Shown here: in pieces, positions 15,001-30,000 of the stretch
Position numbering within the stretch: position 1 is the stretch's first letter
Layout of the letters: every line of letters starts with the position of its first letter
NCBI GenBank assembly: GCA_964016885.1
Contig: OZ024741.1
Coordinates: forward strand, 150,412,001 to 150,476,000
Direction of reading: 5' to 3'
Source of the DNA: Eledone cirrhosa
Lineage: Eukaryota
Length of the DNA stretch: 64,000 nucleotides
The notes under the pieces: model-generated
Told to the model about the DNA's origin: nothing
Database searches by the model: none
What the model saw: the letters and a program-made list of their open reading frames with translations, nothing else
Made by a program: the position numbers and the translations under genes

Positions 15001-18000
15001 TCTGTTCTGCTGTTGGTAGACTACGGCCATGCTGGAGAGAAGACATTAACACTATATCTTCTGTTCTGCTGTTGCTAGACTACGGCCATGCTGGAGGGAA
15101 GACATTAACACTATATCTTCTGTTCTGCTGTTGCTAGACTACGGCCATGCTGGAGGGAAGACATTAACACTATATCTTCTGTTCTGCTGTTGTTAGACTA
15201 CGGCCATGCTGGAGGGAAGACATTAACACTATATCTTCTGTTCTGCTGTTGGTAGACTACGGCCATGCTGGAGGGAAGACATTAACACTATATCTTCTGT
15301 TCTGCTGTTCGTAGACTACGGCCATGCTGGAGGGAAGACATTAACACTATATCTTCTGTTCTGCTGTTGGTAGACTACGGCCATGCTGGAGAGAAGACAT
15401 TAACACTATATCTTCTGTTCTGCTGTTGCTAGACTACGGCCATGCTGGAGGGAAGACATTAACACTATATCTTCTGTTCTGCTGTTGCTAGACTACGGCC
15501 ATGCTGGAGGGAAGACATTAACACTATATCTTCTGTTCTGCTGTTGCTAGACTACGGCCATGCTGGAGGGCAGACGTTAACACTATATCTTCTGTTCTGC
15601 TGTTGCTAGACTACGGCCATGCTGGAGGGCAGACGTTAACACTATATCTTCTGTTCTGCTGTTGCTAGACTACGGCCATGCTGGAGGGCAGACGTCAACA
15701 CCATATCTTCTGTTTTGCTGGTGCTAGACTACGGCCATGCTGGAGGGCAGACGTTAACACTATATCTTCTGTTCTGCTGTTGCTAGACTACGGCCATGCT
15801 GGAGGGAAGACATTAACACTATATCTTCTGTTCTGCTGTTGCTAGACTACGGCCATGCTGGAGGGCAGACGTTAACACTATATCTTCTGTTCTGCTGTTG
15901 GTAGACTACGGCCATGCTGGAGGGAGGATATTAACACTATATCTTCTGTTTTGCTGTTGGAAGACTACGGCCATGCTGGAGGGAAGACATTAACACTATA
16001 TCTTCTGTTCTGCTGTTGGTAGACTACGGCCATGCTGGAGGGAGGATATTAACATTATATCTTCTGTTTTACTGGTGCTAGACTACGGCCATGCTGGAGG
16101 GAAGACATTAACACTATATCTTCTGTTCTGCTGTTGGTAGACTACGGCCATGCTGGAGGGAAGACATTAACACTATATCTTCTGTTCTGCTGTTGGTAGA
16201 CTACGGCCATGCTGGAGAGAAGACATTAACACTATATCTTCTGTTCTGCTGTTGCTAGACTACGGCCATGCTGGAGGGAAGACAATAACACTATATCTTC
16301 TGTTCTGCTCTTGGTAGACTACAGCCATGCTGGAGGGAGGATATTGACACTATATCTTCTGTTTTGCTGTTGGTAGATTACGGCCATGCTGGAGGGAAGA
16401 CATTAACACTATATCTTCTGTTCTTCTGTTGCTAGACTACGGCCATGCTGGAGGGAGGATATTAACACTATATCTTCTGTTTTGCTGTTGGTAGACTACG
16501 GCCATGCTGGAGGGAAGACATTAACACTATATCTTCTGTTCTGCTGTTGGTAGACTACGGCCATGGTGGAGGGAGGATATTAACACTATATCTTCTGTTT
16601 TACTGGTGCTAGACTACGGCCATGCTGGAGGTAAGACATTAACACTATATCTTCTGTTCTGCTGTTGCTAGACTACGGCCATGCTGGAGGGAAGACATTA
16701 ACACTATAACTTCTGTTCTGCTGTTGGTAGACTACGGCCATGCTGGAGGGAAGACATTAACACTATATCTTCTGTTCTGCTGTTGGTAGACTACGGCCAT
16801 GCTGGAGAGAAGACATTAACACTATATCTTCTGTTCTGCTGTTGCTAGACTACGGCCATGCTGGAGGGAAGACATTAACACTATATCTTCTGTTCTGCTG
16901 TTACTAGACTACGGCCATGCTGGAGGGAAGACATTAACACTATATCTTCTGTTCTGCTGTTGCTAGACTACGGCCATGCTGGAGGGCAGACGTTAACACT
17001 ATATCTTCTGTTCTGCTGTTGCTAGACTACGGCCATGCTGGAGGGCATACGTTAACACTATATCTTCTGTTCTGCTGTTGCTAGACTACGGCCATGCTGG
17101 AGGGAAGACATTAACACTATATCTTCTGTTCTGCTGTTGCTAGACAACGGCCATGCTGGAGGGAAGACATTAACACTATATCTTCTGTTTTGCTGCTGCT
17201 AGACTACGGCCATGCTGGAGGGCAGACATTAACACTATATCTTCTGTTCTGCTGTTGGTAGACTACGGCCATGCTGGAGGGAAGACATTAACACTATATC
17301 TTCTGTTCTGCTGTTGATAGACTACGGCCATGCTGGAGGGAAGACATTAACACTATATCTTCTATTCTACCGTTGCGAGACTACGGCCATGCTGGAGGGA
17401 GGATATTAACACTATATCTTCTGTTTTACTGGTGCTAGACTACGGCCATGCTGGAGAGAAGACATTAACTCTATATCTTCTGTTCTGCTGTTGCTAGACT
17501 ACGGCCATGCTGGAGGGAAGACATTAACACTATATCTTCTGTTCTGCTGTTGCTAGACTACGGCCATGCTGGAGGGAAGACATTAACACTATATCTTCTG
17601 TTCTGCTGTTGCTAGACTACGGCCATGCTGGAGGGCAGACGTTAACACTATATCTTCTGTTCTGCTGTTGCTAGACTACGGCCATGCTGGAGGGCAGACG
17701 TTAACACTATATCTTCTGTTCTGCTGTTGCTAGACTACGGCCATGCTGGAGGGCAGACGTCAACACCATATCTTCTGTTTTGCTGGTGCTAGACTACGGC
17801 CATGCTGGAGGGCAGACGTTAACACTATATCTTCTGTTCTGCTGTTGCTAGACTACGGCCATGCTGGAGGGAAGACATTAACACTATATCTTCTGTTCTG
17901 CTGTTGCTAGACTACGGCCATGCTGGAGGGCAGACGTTAACACTATATCTTCTGTTCTGCTGTTGGTAGACTACGGCCATGCTGGAGGGAGGATATTAAC

Positions 18001-21000
18001 ACTATATCTTCTGTTTTGCTGTTGGAAGACTACGGCCATGCTGGAGGGAAGACATTAACACTATATCTTCTGTTCTGCTGTTGGTAGACTACGGCCATGC
18101 TGGAGGGAGGATATTAACATTATATCTTCTGTTTTACTGGTGCTAGACTACGGCCATGCTGGAGGGAAGACATTAACACTATATCTTCTGTTCTGCTGTT
18201 GGTAGACTACGGCCATGCTGGAGGGAAGACATTAACACTATATCTTCTGTTCTGCTGTTGGTAGACTACGGCCATGCTGGAGAGAAGACATTAACACTAT
18301 ATCTTCTGTTCTGCTGTTGCTAGACTACGGCCATGCTGGAGGGAAGACAATAACACTATATCTTCTGTTCTGCTCTTGGTAGACTACAGCCATGCTGGAG
18401 GGAGGATATTGACACTATATCTTCTGTTTTGCTGTTGGTAGATTACGGCCATGCTGGAGGGAAGACATTAACACTATATCTTCTGTTCTTCTGTTGCTAG
18501 ACTACGGCCATGCTGGAGGGAGGATATTAACACTATATCTTCTGTTTTGCTGTTGGTAGACTACGGCCATGCTGGAGGGAAGACATTAACACTATATCTT
18601 CTGTTCTGCTGTTGGTAGACTACGGCCATGGTGGAGGGAGGATATTAACACTATATCTTCTGTTTTACTGGTGCTAGACTACGGCCATGCTGGAGGTAAG
18701 ACATTAACACTATATCTTCTGTTCTGCTGTTGCTAGACTACGGCCATGCTGGAGGGAAGACATTAACACTATAACTTCTGTTCTGCTGTTGGTAGACTAC
18801 GGCCATGCTGGAGGGAAGACATTAACACTATATCTTCTGTTCTGCTGTTGGTAGACTACGGCCATGCTGGAGAGAAGACATTAACACTATATCTTCTGTT
18901 CTGCTGTTGCTAGACTACGGCCATGCTGGAGGGAAGACATTAACACTATATCTTCTGTTCTGCTGTTACTAGACTACGGCCATGCTGGAGGGAAGACATT
19001 AACACTATATCTTCTGTTCTGCTGTTGCTAGACTACGGCCATGCTGGAGGGCAGACGTTAACACTATATCTTCTGTTCTGCTGTTGCTAGACTACGGCCA
19101 TGCTGGAGGGCATACGTTAACACTATATCTTCTGTTCTGCTGTTGCTAGACTACGGCCATGCTGGAGGGAAGACATTAACACTATATCTTCTGTTCTGCT
19201 GTTGCTAGACAACGGCCATGCTGGAGGGAAGACATTAACACTATATCTTCTGTTTTGCTGCTGCTAGACTACGGCCATGCTGGAGGGCAGACATTAACAC
19301 TATATCTTCTGTTCTGCTGTTGGTAGACTACGGCCATGCTGGAGGGAAGACATTAACACTATATCTTCTGTTCTGCTGTTGATAGACTACGGCCATGCTG
19401 GAGGGAAGACATTAACACTATATCTTCTATTCTACCGTTGCGAGACTACGGCCATGCTGGAGGGAGGATATTAACACTATATCTTCTGTTTTACTGGTGC
19501 TAGACTACGGCCATGCTGGAGGGAAGACATTAACACTATATCTTCTGTTCTGCTGTTGGTAGACTACGGCCATGCTGGAGGGAAGACATTAACACTATAT
19601 CTTCTGTTCTGCTGTTGGTAGACTACGGCCATGCTGGAGGGAGGATATTAACACTATATCTTCTGTTTTGCTGTTGGTAGACTACGGCCATGCTGGAGGG
19701 AAGACATTAACACTATATCTTCTGTTCTGCTGTTGCTAGACTACGGCCATGCTGGAGGGAAGATATTAACACTATATCTTCTGTTTTGCTGGTGCTAGAC
19801 TACGGCCATGCTGGAGGGCAGACATTAACACTATATCATCTGTTCTGCTGTTGGTAGACTACGGCCATGCTGGAGGGAAGACATTAACACTATATCTTCT
19901 GTTTTGCTGTTGGTAGACTACGGCCATGCTGGAGGGAAGACATTAACACTATATCTTCTGTTTTGCTGGTGCTAGACTACGGCCATGCTGGAGGGAAGAC
20001 ATTAACACTATATCTTCTGTTCTGCTGTTGATAGACTACGGCCATGCTGGAGGGAAGACATTAACACTATATATTCTGTTCTACTGTTGCTAGACTACGG
20101 CCATGCTGGAGGGAGGATATTAACACTATATCTTCTGTTTTAGTGGTGCTAGACTACGGCCATGCTGGAGGGAGGATATTAACACTATATCTTCTGTTTT
20201 GCTGTTGGTAGACTACGGCCATGCTGGAGGGAAGACATTAACACTATATCTTCTGTTCTGCTGTTGGTAGACTACGGCCATGCTGGAGGGAGGATATTAA
20301 CACTATATCTTCTGTTTTGCTGTTGGTAGACTACGGCCATGCTGGAGGGAAGACATTAACACTATATCTTCTGTTCTGCTGTTGGTAGTCTACGGCCATG
20401 CTGGAGGGAGGATATTAACACTATATCTTCTGTTTTGCTGTTGGTAGACTACGGCCATGCTGGAGGGAAGACATTAACACTATATCTTCTGTTCTACTGT
20501 TGGTAGACTACGGCCATGCTGGAGGGAGGATATTAACACTATATCTTCTGTTTTGCTGTTGGTAGACTACGGCCATGCTGGAAAGAAGACATTAACACTA
20601 TATCTTCTGTTTTGCTGTTGGTAGACTACGGCCATGCTGGAGGGAGGATATTAACACTATATCTTCTGTTTTACTGGTGCTAGACTACGGTCATGCTGGA
20701 TGGAAGACATTAACACTATATCTTCTGTTTTACTGGTGCTAGACTACGGCCATGCTGGAGGGAAGACATTAACACTACATCTTCTGTTCTGCTGTTGCTA
20801 GACTACGGCCATGCTGGAGGGAAGACATTAACACTATATCTTCTGTTCTGCTGTTGATAGACTACGGCCATGCTGGAGGGAAGACGTTAACACCATATCT
20901 TCTGTTTTGCTGGTGCTAGACTACGGCCATGCTGGAGGGCAGAAGTTAACACTATATCTTCTGTTCTGCTGTTGCTAGACTACGGCCATGCTGGAGGGAA

Positions 21001-24000
21001 GACATTAACACTATATCTTCTGTTCTGCTGTTGCTAGACTACAGCCATGCTGGAGGGCAGACGTTAACACTATATCTTCTGTTCTGCTGGTGCTAGACTA
21101 CGGCCATGCTGGAGGGAAGACATTAACACTATATCTTCTGTTCTGCTGTTGCTAGACTACGGCCATGCTGGAGGGAAGACATTAACACTATATCTTCTGT
21201 TCTGCTGTTGCTAGACTACGGCCATGCTGGAGGGAAGACATTAACACTATATCTTCTGTTCAGCTGTTGCTAGACTACGGCCATGCTGGAGGGAAGACAT
21301 TAACACTATATCTTCTGTGCTGCTGTTGGTAGACTACGTCCATGCTGGAGGGAAGACATTAACACTATATCTTCTGTTCTGCTGTTGGTAGACTACGGCC
21401 ATGCTGGAGGGCAGACATTAACACTATATCTTCTGTTCTGCTGTTGCTAGACTACGGCCATGCTGGAGGGCAGACGTTAACACTATATCGTCTGTTCTGC
21501 TGTTGCTAGACTACGGCCATGCTGGAGGGCAGAGGTTAACACTATATCTTCTGTTCTGCTGTTGCTAGACTACGGCCATGCTGGAGGGCAGACGTTAACA
21601 CTATATCTTCTGTTCTGCTGTTGCTAGACTACGGCCATGCTGGAGGGCAGACGTTAACACTATATCTTCTGTTCTGCTGGTGCTAGACTACGGCCATGCT
21701 GGAGGGCAGACATTAACACTATATCTTCTGTTCTGCTGGTGCTAGACTACGGCCATGCTGGAGGGAAGACATTAACACTATATCTTCTGTTCTGCTGTTG
21801 GTAGACTACGGCCATGTTGGAGGGAAGACATTAACACTATATCTTCTGTTCTGCTGTTGGTAGACTACGGCCATGCTGGAGGGAAGACATTAACACTATA
21901 TCTTCTGTTCTGCTGTTGCTAGATTACGGCCATGCTGGAGGGAAGACATTAACACTATATCTTCTGTTTTGCTGGTGCTAGACTACGGCCATGCTGGAGG
22001 GAAGACATTAACACTATATCTTCTGTTCTGCTGTTGCTAGACTACGGCCATGCTGGAGGGAAGACATTAACACTATATCTTCTGTTCTGCTGTTGATAGA
22101 CTACGGCCATGCTGGAGGGAAGACATTAACACTATATCTTCTGTTCTGCTGTTGGTAGACTACGGCCATGCTGGAGGGAAGACATTAACACTATATCTCC
22201 TGTTCTGCTGTTGATAGACTACGGCCATGCTGGAGGGAAGACATTAACACTATATCTTCTGTTCTGCTGTTGCTAGATTACGGCCATGCCGGAGGGAAGA
22301 CATTAACACTATATCTTCTGTTTTGCTGGTGCTAGACTACGGCCATGCTGGAGGGAAGACATTAACACTATATCTTCTGTTTTGCTGGTGCTAGACTACG
22401 GCCATGCTGGAGAGAGGATATTAACACTATATCTTCTGTTTTGCTGTTGGTAGACTACGGCCATGCTGGAGGGAAGACATTAACACTATATCTTCTGTTC
22501 TGCTGTTGGTAGGCTACGGCCATGCTGGAGGGAGGATATTAACACTATATCTTCTGTTTTGCTGTTGGTAGTCTACGGCCATGCTGGAGGGAAGACATTA
22601 ACACTATATCTTCTGTTCTACTGTTGGTAGACTACGGCCATGCTGGAGGGAGGATATTAACACTATATCTTCTGTTTTGCTGTTGCTAGACTACGGCCAT
22701 GCTGGAGGGCAGACGTTAACACTATATCTTCTGTTCTGCTGTTGCTAGACTACGGCCATGCTGGAGGGCAGACGTTAACACTATATCTTCTGTTCTGCTG
22801 GTGCTAGACTACGGCCATGCTGGAGGGCAGACATTAACACTATATCTTCTGTTCTGCTGGTGCTAGACTACGGCCATGCTGGAGGGAAGACATTAACACT
22901 ATATCTTCTGTTCTGCTGTTGGTAGACTACGGCCATGCTGGAGGGAAGACATTAACACTATATCTTCTGTTCTGCTGTTGGTAGACTACGGCCATGCTGG
23001 AGGGAAGACATTAACACTATATCTTCTGTTCTGCTGTTGCTAGATTACGGCCATACTGGAGGGAAGACATTAACACTATATCTTCTGTTTTGCTGGTGCT
23101 AGACTACGGCCATGCTGGAGGGAAGACATTAACACTATATCTTCTGTTCTGCTGTTGCTAGACTACGGCCATGCTGGAGGGAAGACATTAACACTATATC
23201 TTCTGTTCTGCTGTTGATAGACTACGGCCATGCTGGAGGGAAGACATTAACACTATATCTTCTGTTCTGCTGTTGGTAGACTACGGCCATGCTGGAGGGA
23301 AGACATTAACACTATATCTTCTGTTCTGCTGTTGATAGACTACGGCCATGCTGGAGGGAAGACATTAACACTATATCTTCTGTTCTGCTGTTGGCAGACT
23401 ACGGCCATGCTGGAGGGAGGATATTAACACTATATCTTCTGTTTTGCTGTTGGTAGACTACGGCCATGCTGGAGGGAAGACATTAACGCTATATCTTCTG
23501 TTCTGCTGTTGGTAGACTACGGCCATGCTGGAGGGAGGATATTAACACTATATCTTCTGTTTTACTGTTGGTAGACTACGGCCATGCTGGAGGGAAGACA
23601 TTAACACTATATCTTCTGTTCTGCTGTTGGTAGACTACGGCCATTCTGGAGGGAGGATATTAACACTATATCTTCTGTTTTGCTGTTGGTAGACTACGGC
23701 CATGCTGGAGGGAAGACATTAACACTATATCTCCTGTTCTACTGTTGGTAGACTACGGCCATGCTGGAGGGAGGATATTAACACTATATCTTCTGTTTTG
23801 CTGTTGGTAGACTACGGCCATGCTGGAGGGAAGACATTAACACTATATCTTCTGTTCTGCTGTTGGTAGACTACGGCCATGCTGGAGGGAAGACATTAAC
23901 ACTATATCTTCTGTTCTGCTGTTGGTAGACTACGGCCATGCTGGAGGGAGGATATTAACACTATATCTTCTGTTTTACTGGTGCTAGACTACGGCCATGC

Positions 24001-27000
24001 TGGAGGGAAGACATTAACACTATATCTTCTGTTCTGCTGTTGGTAGACTACGGCCATACTGGAGGGAAGACATTAACACTATATCTTCTGTTCTGCTGTT
24101 GGTAGACTACGGCCATGCTGGAGGGAGGATATTAACACTATATCTTCTGTTTTGCTGTTGGTAGACTACGGCCATGCTGGAGGGAAGACATTAACACTAT
24201 ATCTTCTGTTCTACTGTTGGTAGACTACGGACATGCTGGAGGGAAGACATTAACACTATATCTTCTGTTCTGCTGTTGGTAGACTACGGCCATTCTGGAG
24301 GGAGGATATTAACACTATATCTTCTGTTTTGCTGTTGGTAGACTACGGCCATGCTGGAGGGAAGACATTAACACTATATCTTCTGTTCTACTGTTGGTAG
24401 ACTACGGCCATGCTGGAGGGAGGATATTAACACTATATCTTCTGTTTTGCTGTTGGTAGACTACGGCCATGCTGGAGGGAAGACATTAACACTATATCTT
24501 CTGTTCTGCTGTTGGTAGACTACGGCCATGCTGGAGGGAGGATATTAACACTATATCTTCTGTTTTACTGGTGCTAGACTACGGCCATGCTGGAGGGAAG
24601 ACATTAACACTATATCTTCTGTTCTGCTGTTGGTAGACTACGGCCATGCTGGAGGGAAGACATTAACACTACATCTTCTGTTCTGCTGTTGGTAGACTAC
24701 GGCCATGCTGGAGGGAGGATATTAACACTATATCTTCTGTTTTACTGGTGCTAGACTACGGCCATGCTGGAGGGAAGACATTAACACTATATCTTCTGTT
24801 CTGCTGTTGGTAGACTACGGCCATGCTGGAGGGAAGACATTAACACTATATCTTCTGTTCTGCTGTTGGTAGACTACGCCCATGCTGGAGGGAGGATATT
24901 AACACTATATCTTCTGTTTTACTGGTGCTAGACTACAGCCATGCTGGAGGAAAGACATTAACACTATATCTTCTGTTCTGCTGTTGGTAGACTACGGCCA
25001 TGCTGGAGGGAAGACATTAACACTATATCTTCTGTTCTGCTGTTGGTAGACTACGGCCATGCTGGAGAGAAGACATTAACACTATATCTTCTGTTCTGCT
25101 GTTGCTAGACTACGGCCATGCTGGAGGGAAGACATTAACGCTATATCTTCTGTTCTGCTGTTGCTAGACTACGGCCATGCTGGAGGGAAGACATTAACAC
25201 TATATCTTCTGTTCTGCTGTTGGTAGAGTACGGCCATGCTGGAGGGAAGACATTAACACTATATCTTCTGTTCTGCTGTTGGTAGACTACGGCCATGCTG
25301 GAGAGAAGACATTAACACTGTATCTTCTGTTCTGCTGTTGCTAGACTACGGCCATGCTGCAGGGAAGACATTAACACTATATCTTCTGTTCTGCTGTTGC
25401 TAGGCTACGGCCATGCTGGAGGGCAGACCTTAACACCATATCTTCTGTTTTGCTGGTGCTAGACTACGGCCATGCTGGAGGGCAGACGTTAACACTATAT
25501 CTTTTGTTCTGCTGTTGCTAGACTACGGCCATGCTGGGGGGAAGACATTAACACTATATCTTCTGTTATGCTGTTGGTAGACTACGGCCATGCTGGAGGG
25601 AAGACATTAACACTATATCTTCTGTTCTGCTGTTGCTAGACTACGGCCATGCTGGAGGGCAGACGTTAACATTATATCTTCTGTTCTGCTGTTGCTAGAC
25701 TACGGCCATGCTGGAGGGCAGACGTTAACACTATATCTTCTGTTCTGCTGTTGCTAGACTACGGCCATGCTGGAGGGCAGACGTTAACACTATATCTTCT
25801 GTTCTGCTGTTGCTAGACTACGGCCATGCCGGAGGGCAGACGTTCACACTATATCTTCTGTTTTGCTGGTGCTAGACTACGACCATGCTGGAGGGAAGAC
25901 ATTAACACTATATCTTCTGTTCTGCTGTTGGTAGACTACGGCCATGCTGGAGGGAAGACATTAAAACTATATCTTCTGTTCTGCTGTTGGTAGACTACGG
26001 CCATGCTGGAGGGAAGACATTAACACTATATCTTCTGTTTTGCTGTTGCTAGACTACGGCCATGCTGGAGGGAAGACATTAACACTATATCTTCTGTTCT
26101 GCTGTTGCTAGACTACGGCCATGCTGGAGGGAAGACATTAACACTATATCTTCTGTTCTACTGTTGCTAGACTACGGCCATGCTGGAGGGAGGATATTAA
26201 CACTATATCTTCTGTTTTACTGGTGCTAGACCACGGCCATGCTGGAGGGAGGATATTAACACTATATCTTCTGTTTTGCTGTTGGTAGACTACGGCCATG
26301 CTGGAGGGAAGACATTAACACTATATCTTCTGTTCTGCTGTTGGTAGACTACGGCCATGCTGGAGGGAGGATATTAACACTATATCTTCTGTTTTGCTGT
26401 TGGTAGACTACGGCCATGCTGGAGGGAAGACATTAACACTATATCTTCTGTTCTGCTGTTGGTAGACTACGGCCATGCTGGAGGGAGGATATTAAAACTA
26501 TATCTTCTGTTTTGCTGTTGGTAGACTACGGCCATGCTGCAGGGAAGACATTAACACTATATCTTCTGTTCTGCTGTTGGTAGACTACGGCCATGCTGGA
26601 GGGAAGACATTAACACTATATCTTCTGTTCTACTGTTGGTAGACTACGGCCATGCTGGAGGGCAGACGTTAACACTATATCTTCTGTTTTGCTGTTGGTA
26701 GACTACGGCCATGCTGGAGGGAAGACATTAACACTATATCTTCTGTTCTGCTGTTGGTAGACTACGGCCATGCTGGAGAGAAGACATTAACACTGTATCT
26801 TCTGTTCTGCTGTTGCTAGACTACGGCCATGCTGCAGGGAAGACATTAACACTATATCTTCTGTTCTGCTGTTGCTAGGCTACGGCCATGCTGGAGGGCA
26901 GACCTTAACACCATATCTTCTGTTTTGCTGGTGCTAGACTACGGCCATGCTGGAGGGCAGACGTTAACACTATATCTTTTGTTCTGCTGTTGCTAGACTA

Positions 27001-30000
27001 CGGCCATGCTGGGGGGAAGACATTAACACTATATCTTCTGTTATGCTGTTGGTAGACTACGGCCATGCTGGAGGGAAGACATTAACACTATATCTTCTGT
27101 TCTGCTGTTGCTAGACTACGGCCATGCTGGAGGGCAGACGTTAACATTATATCTTCTGTTCTGCTGTTGCTAGACTACGGCCATGCTGGAGGGCAGACGT
27201 TAACACTATATCTTCTGTTCTGCTGTTGCTAGACTACGGCCATGCTGGAGGGCAGACGTTAACACTATATCTTCTGTTCTGCTGTTGCTAGACTACGGCC
27301 ATGCCGGAGGGCAGACGTTCACACTATATCTTCTGTTTTGCTGGTGCTAGACTACGACCATGCTGGAGGGAAGACATTAACACTATATCTTCTGTTCTGC
27401 TGTTGGTAGACTACGGCCATGCTGGAGGGAAGACATTAAAACTATATCTTCTGTTCTGCTGTTGGTAGACTACGGCCATGCTGGAGGGAAGACATTAACA
27501 CTATATCTTCTGTTTTGCTGTTGCTAGACTACGGCCATGCTGGAGGGAAGACATTAACACTATATCTTCTGTTCTGCTGTTGCTAGACTACGGCCATGCT
27601 GGAGGGAAGACATTAACACTATATCTTCTGTTCTACTGTTGCTAGACTACGGCCATGCTGGAGGGAGGATATTAACACTATATCTTCTGTTTTACTGGTG
27701 CTAGACCACGGCCATGCTGGAGGGAGGATATTAACACTATATCTTCTGTTTTGCTGTTGGTAGACTACGGCCATGCTGGAGGGAAGACATTAACACTATA
27801 TCTTCTGTTCTGCTGTTGGTAGACTACGGCCATGCTGGAGGGAGGATATTAACACTAGATCTTCTGTTTTGCTGTTGGTAGACTACGGCCATGCTGGAGG
27901 AAAGACATTAACACTATATCTTCTGTTCTACTGTTGGTAGACTACGGCCATGCTGGAGGGAGGATATTAACACTATATCTTCTGTTTTGCTGTTGGTAGA
28001 CTACGGCCATGCTGGAGGGAAGACATTAACACTATATCTTCTGTTCTGCTGTTGGTAGACTACGGCCATGCTGGAGGGAGGATATTAAAACTATATCTTC
28101 TGTTTTGCTGTTGGTAGACTACGGCCATGCTGCAGGGAAGACATTAACACTATATCTTCTGTTCTGCTGTTGGTAGACTACGGCCATGCTGGAGGGAAGA
28201 CATTAACACTATATCTTCTGTTCTACTGTTGGTAGACTACGGCCATGCTGGAGGGCAGACGTTAACACTATATCTTCTGTTTTGCTGTTGGTAGACTACG
28301 GCCATGCTGGAGGGAAGACATTAACACTATATCTTCTGTTCTGCTGTTGGTAGACTACGGCCATGCTGGAGGGAGGATATTAACACTATATCTTCTGTTT
28401 TACTGGTGCTAGACCACGGCCATGCTGGAGGGAAGACATTAACACTATATCTTCTGTTCTACTGTTGGTAGACTACGGCCATGCTGGAGGGAGGATATTA
28501 ACACTATATCTTCTGTTTTGCTGTTGGTAGACTACGGCCATGCTGGAGGGAAGACATTAACACTATATCTTCTGTTCTGCTGTTGGTAGACTACGGCCAT
28601 GCTGGAGGGAGGATATTAACACTATATCTTCTGTTTTACTGGTGCAAGACTACGGCCATGCTGGAGGGAAGACATTAACACTATATCTTCTGTTCTGATG
28701 TTGGTAGACTACGGCCATGCTGGAGGGAAGACATTAACACTATATCTTCTGTTTTGCTGTTGGTAGACTACGGCCATGCTGGAGGGAAGACATTAACACT
28801 ATATCTTCTGTTCTGCTGTTGGTAGACTACGGCCATGCTGGAGAGAAGACATTAACACTATATCTTCTGTTCTGCTGTTGCTAGACTACGGCCATGCTGG
28901 AGGGAAGACATTAACACTATATCTTCTGTTCTGTTGTTGCTAGACTACGGCCATGCTGGAGGGACGACATTAACACTATATCTTCTGTTCTGCTGTTGTT
29001 AGACTACGGCCATGCTGGAGGGAAGACATTAACACTATATCTTCTGTTCTGCTGTTGGTAGACTACGGCCATGCTGGAGGGAAGACATTAACACTATATC
29101 TTCTGTTCTGCTGTTGGTAGACTACGGCCATGCTGGAGGGAAGACATTAACACTATATCTTCTGTTCTGCTGTTGGTAGACTACGGCCATGCTGGAGAGA
29201 AGACATTAACACTATATCTTCTGTTCTGCTGTTGCTAGACTACGGCCATGCTGGAGGGAAGACATTAACACTATATCTTCTGTTCTGCTGTTGCTAGACT
29301 ACGGCCATGCTGGAGGGAAGACATTAACACTATATCTTCTGTTCTGCTGTTGCTAGACTACGGCCATGCTGGAGGGCAGACGTTAACACTATATCTTCTG
29401 TTCTGCTGTTGCTAGACTACGGCCATGCTGGAGGGCAGACGTTAACACTATATCTTCTGTTCTGCTGTTGCTAGACTACGGCCATGCTGGAGGGCAGACG
29501 TCAACACCATATCTTCTGTTTTGCTGGTGCTAGACTACGGCCATGCTGGAGGGCAGACGTTAACACTATATCTTCTGTTCTGCTGTTGCTAGACTACGGC
29601 CATGCTGGAGGGAAGACATTAACACTATATCTTCTGTTCTGCCGTTGCTAGACTACGGCCATGCTGGAGGGCAGACGTTAACACTATATCTTCTGTTCTG
29701 CTGTTGGTAGACTACGGCCATGCTGGAGGGAGGATATTAACACTATATCTTCTGTTTTGCTGTTGGAAGACTTCGGCCATGCTGGAGGGAAGACATTAAC
29801 ACTATATCTTCTGTTCTGCTGTTGGTAGACTACGGCCATGCTGGAGGGAGGATATTAAAACTATATCTTCTGTTTTACTGGTGCTAGACTACGGCCATGC
29901 TGGAGGGAAGACATTAACACTATATCTTCTGTTCTGCTGTTGGTAGACTACGGCCATGCTGGAGGGAAGACATTAACACCATATCTTCTGTTCTGCTGTT

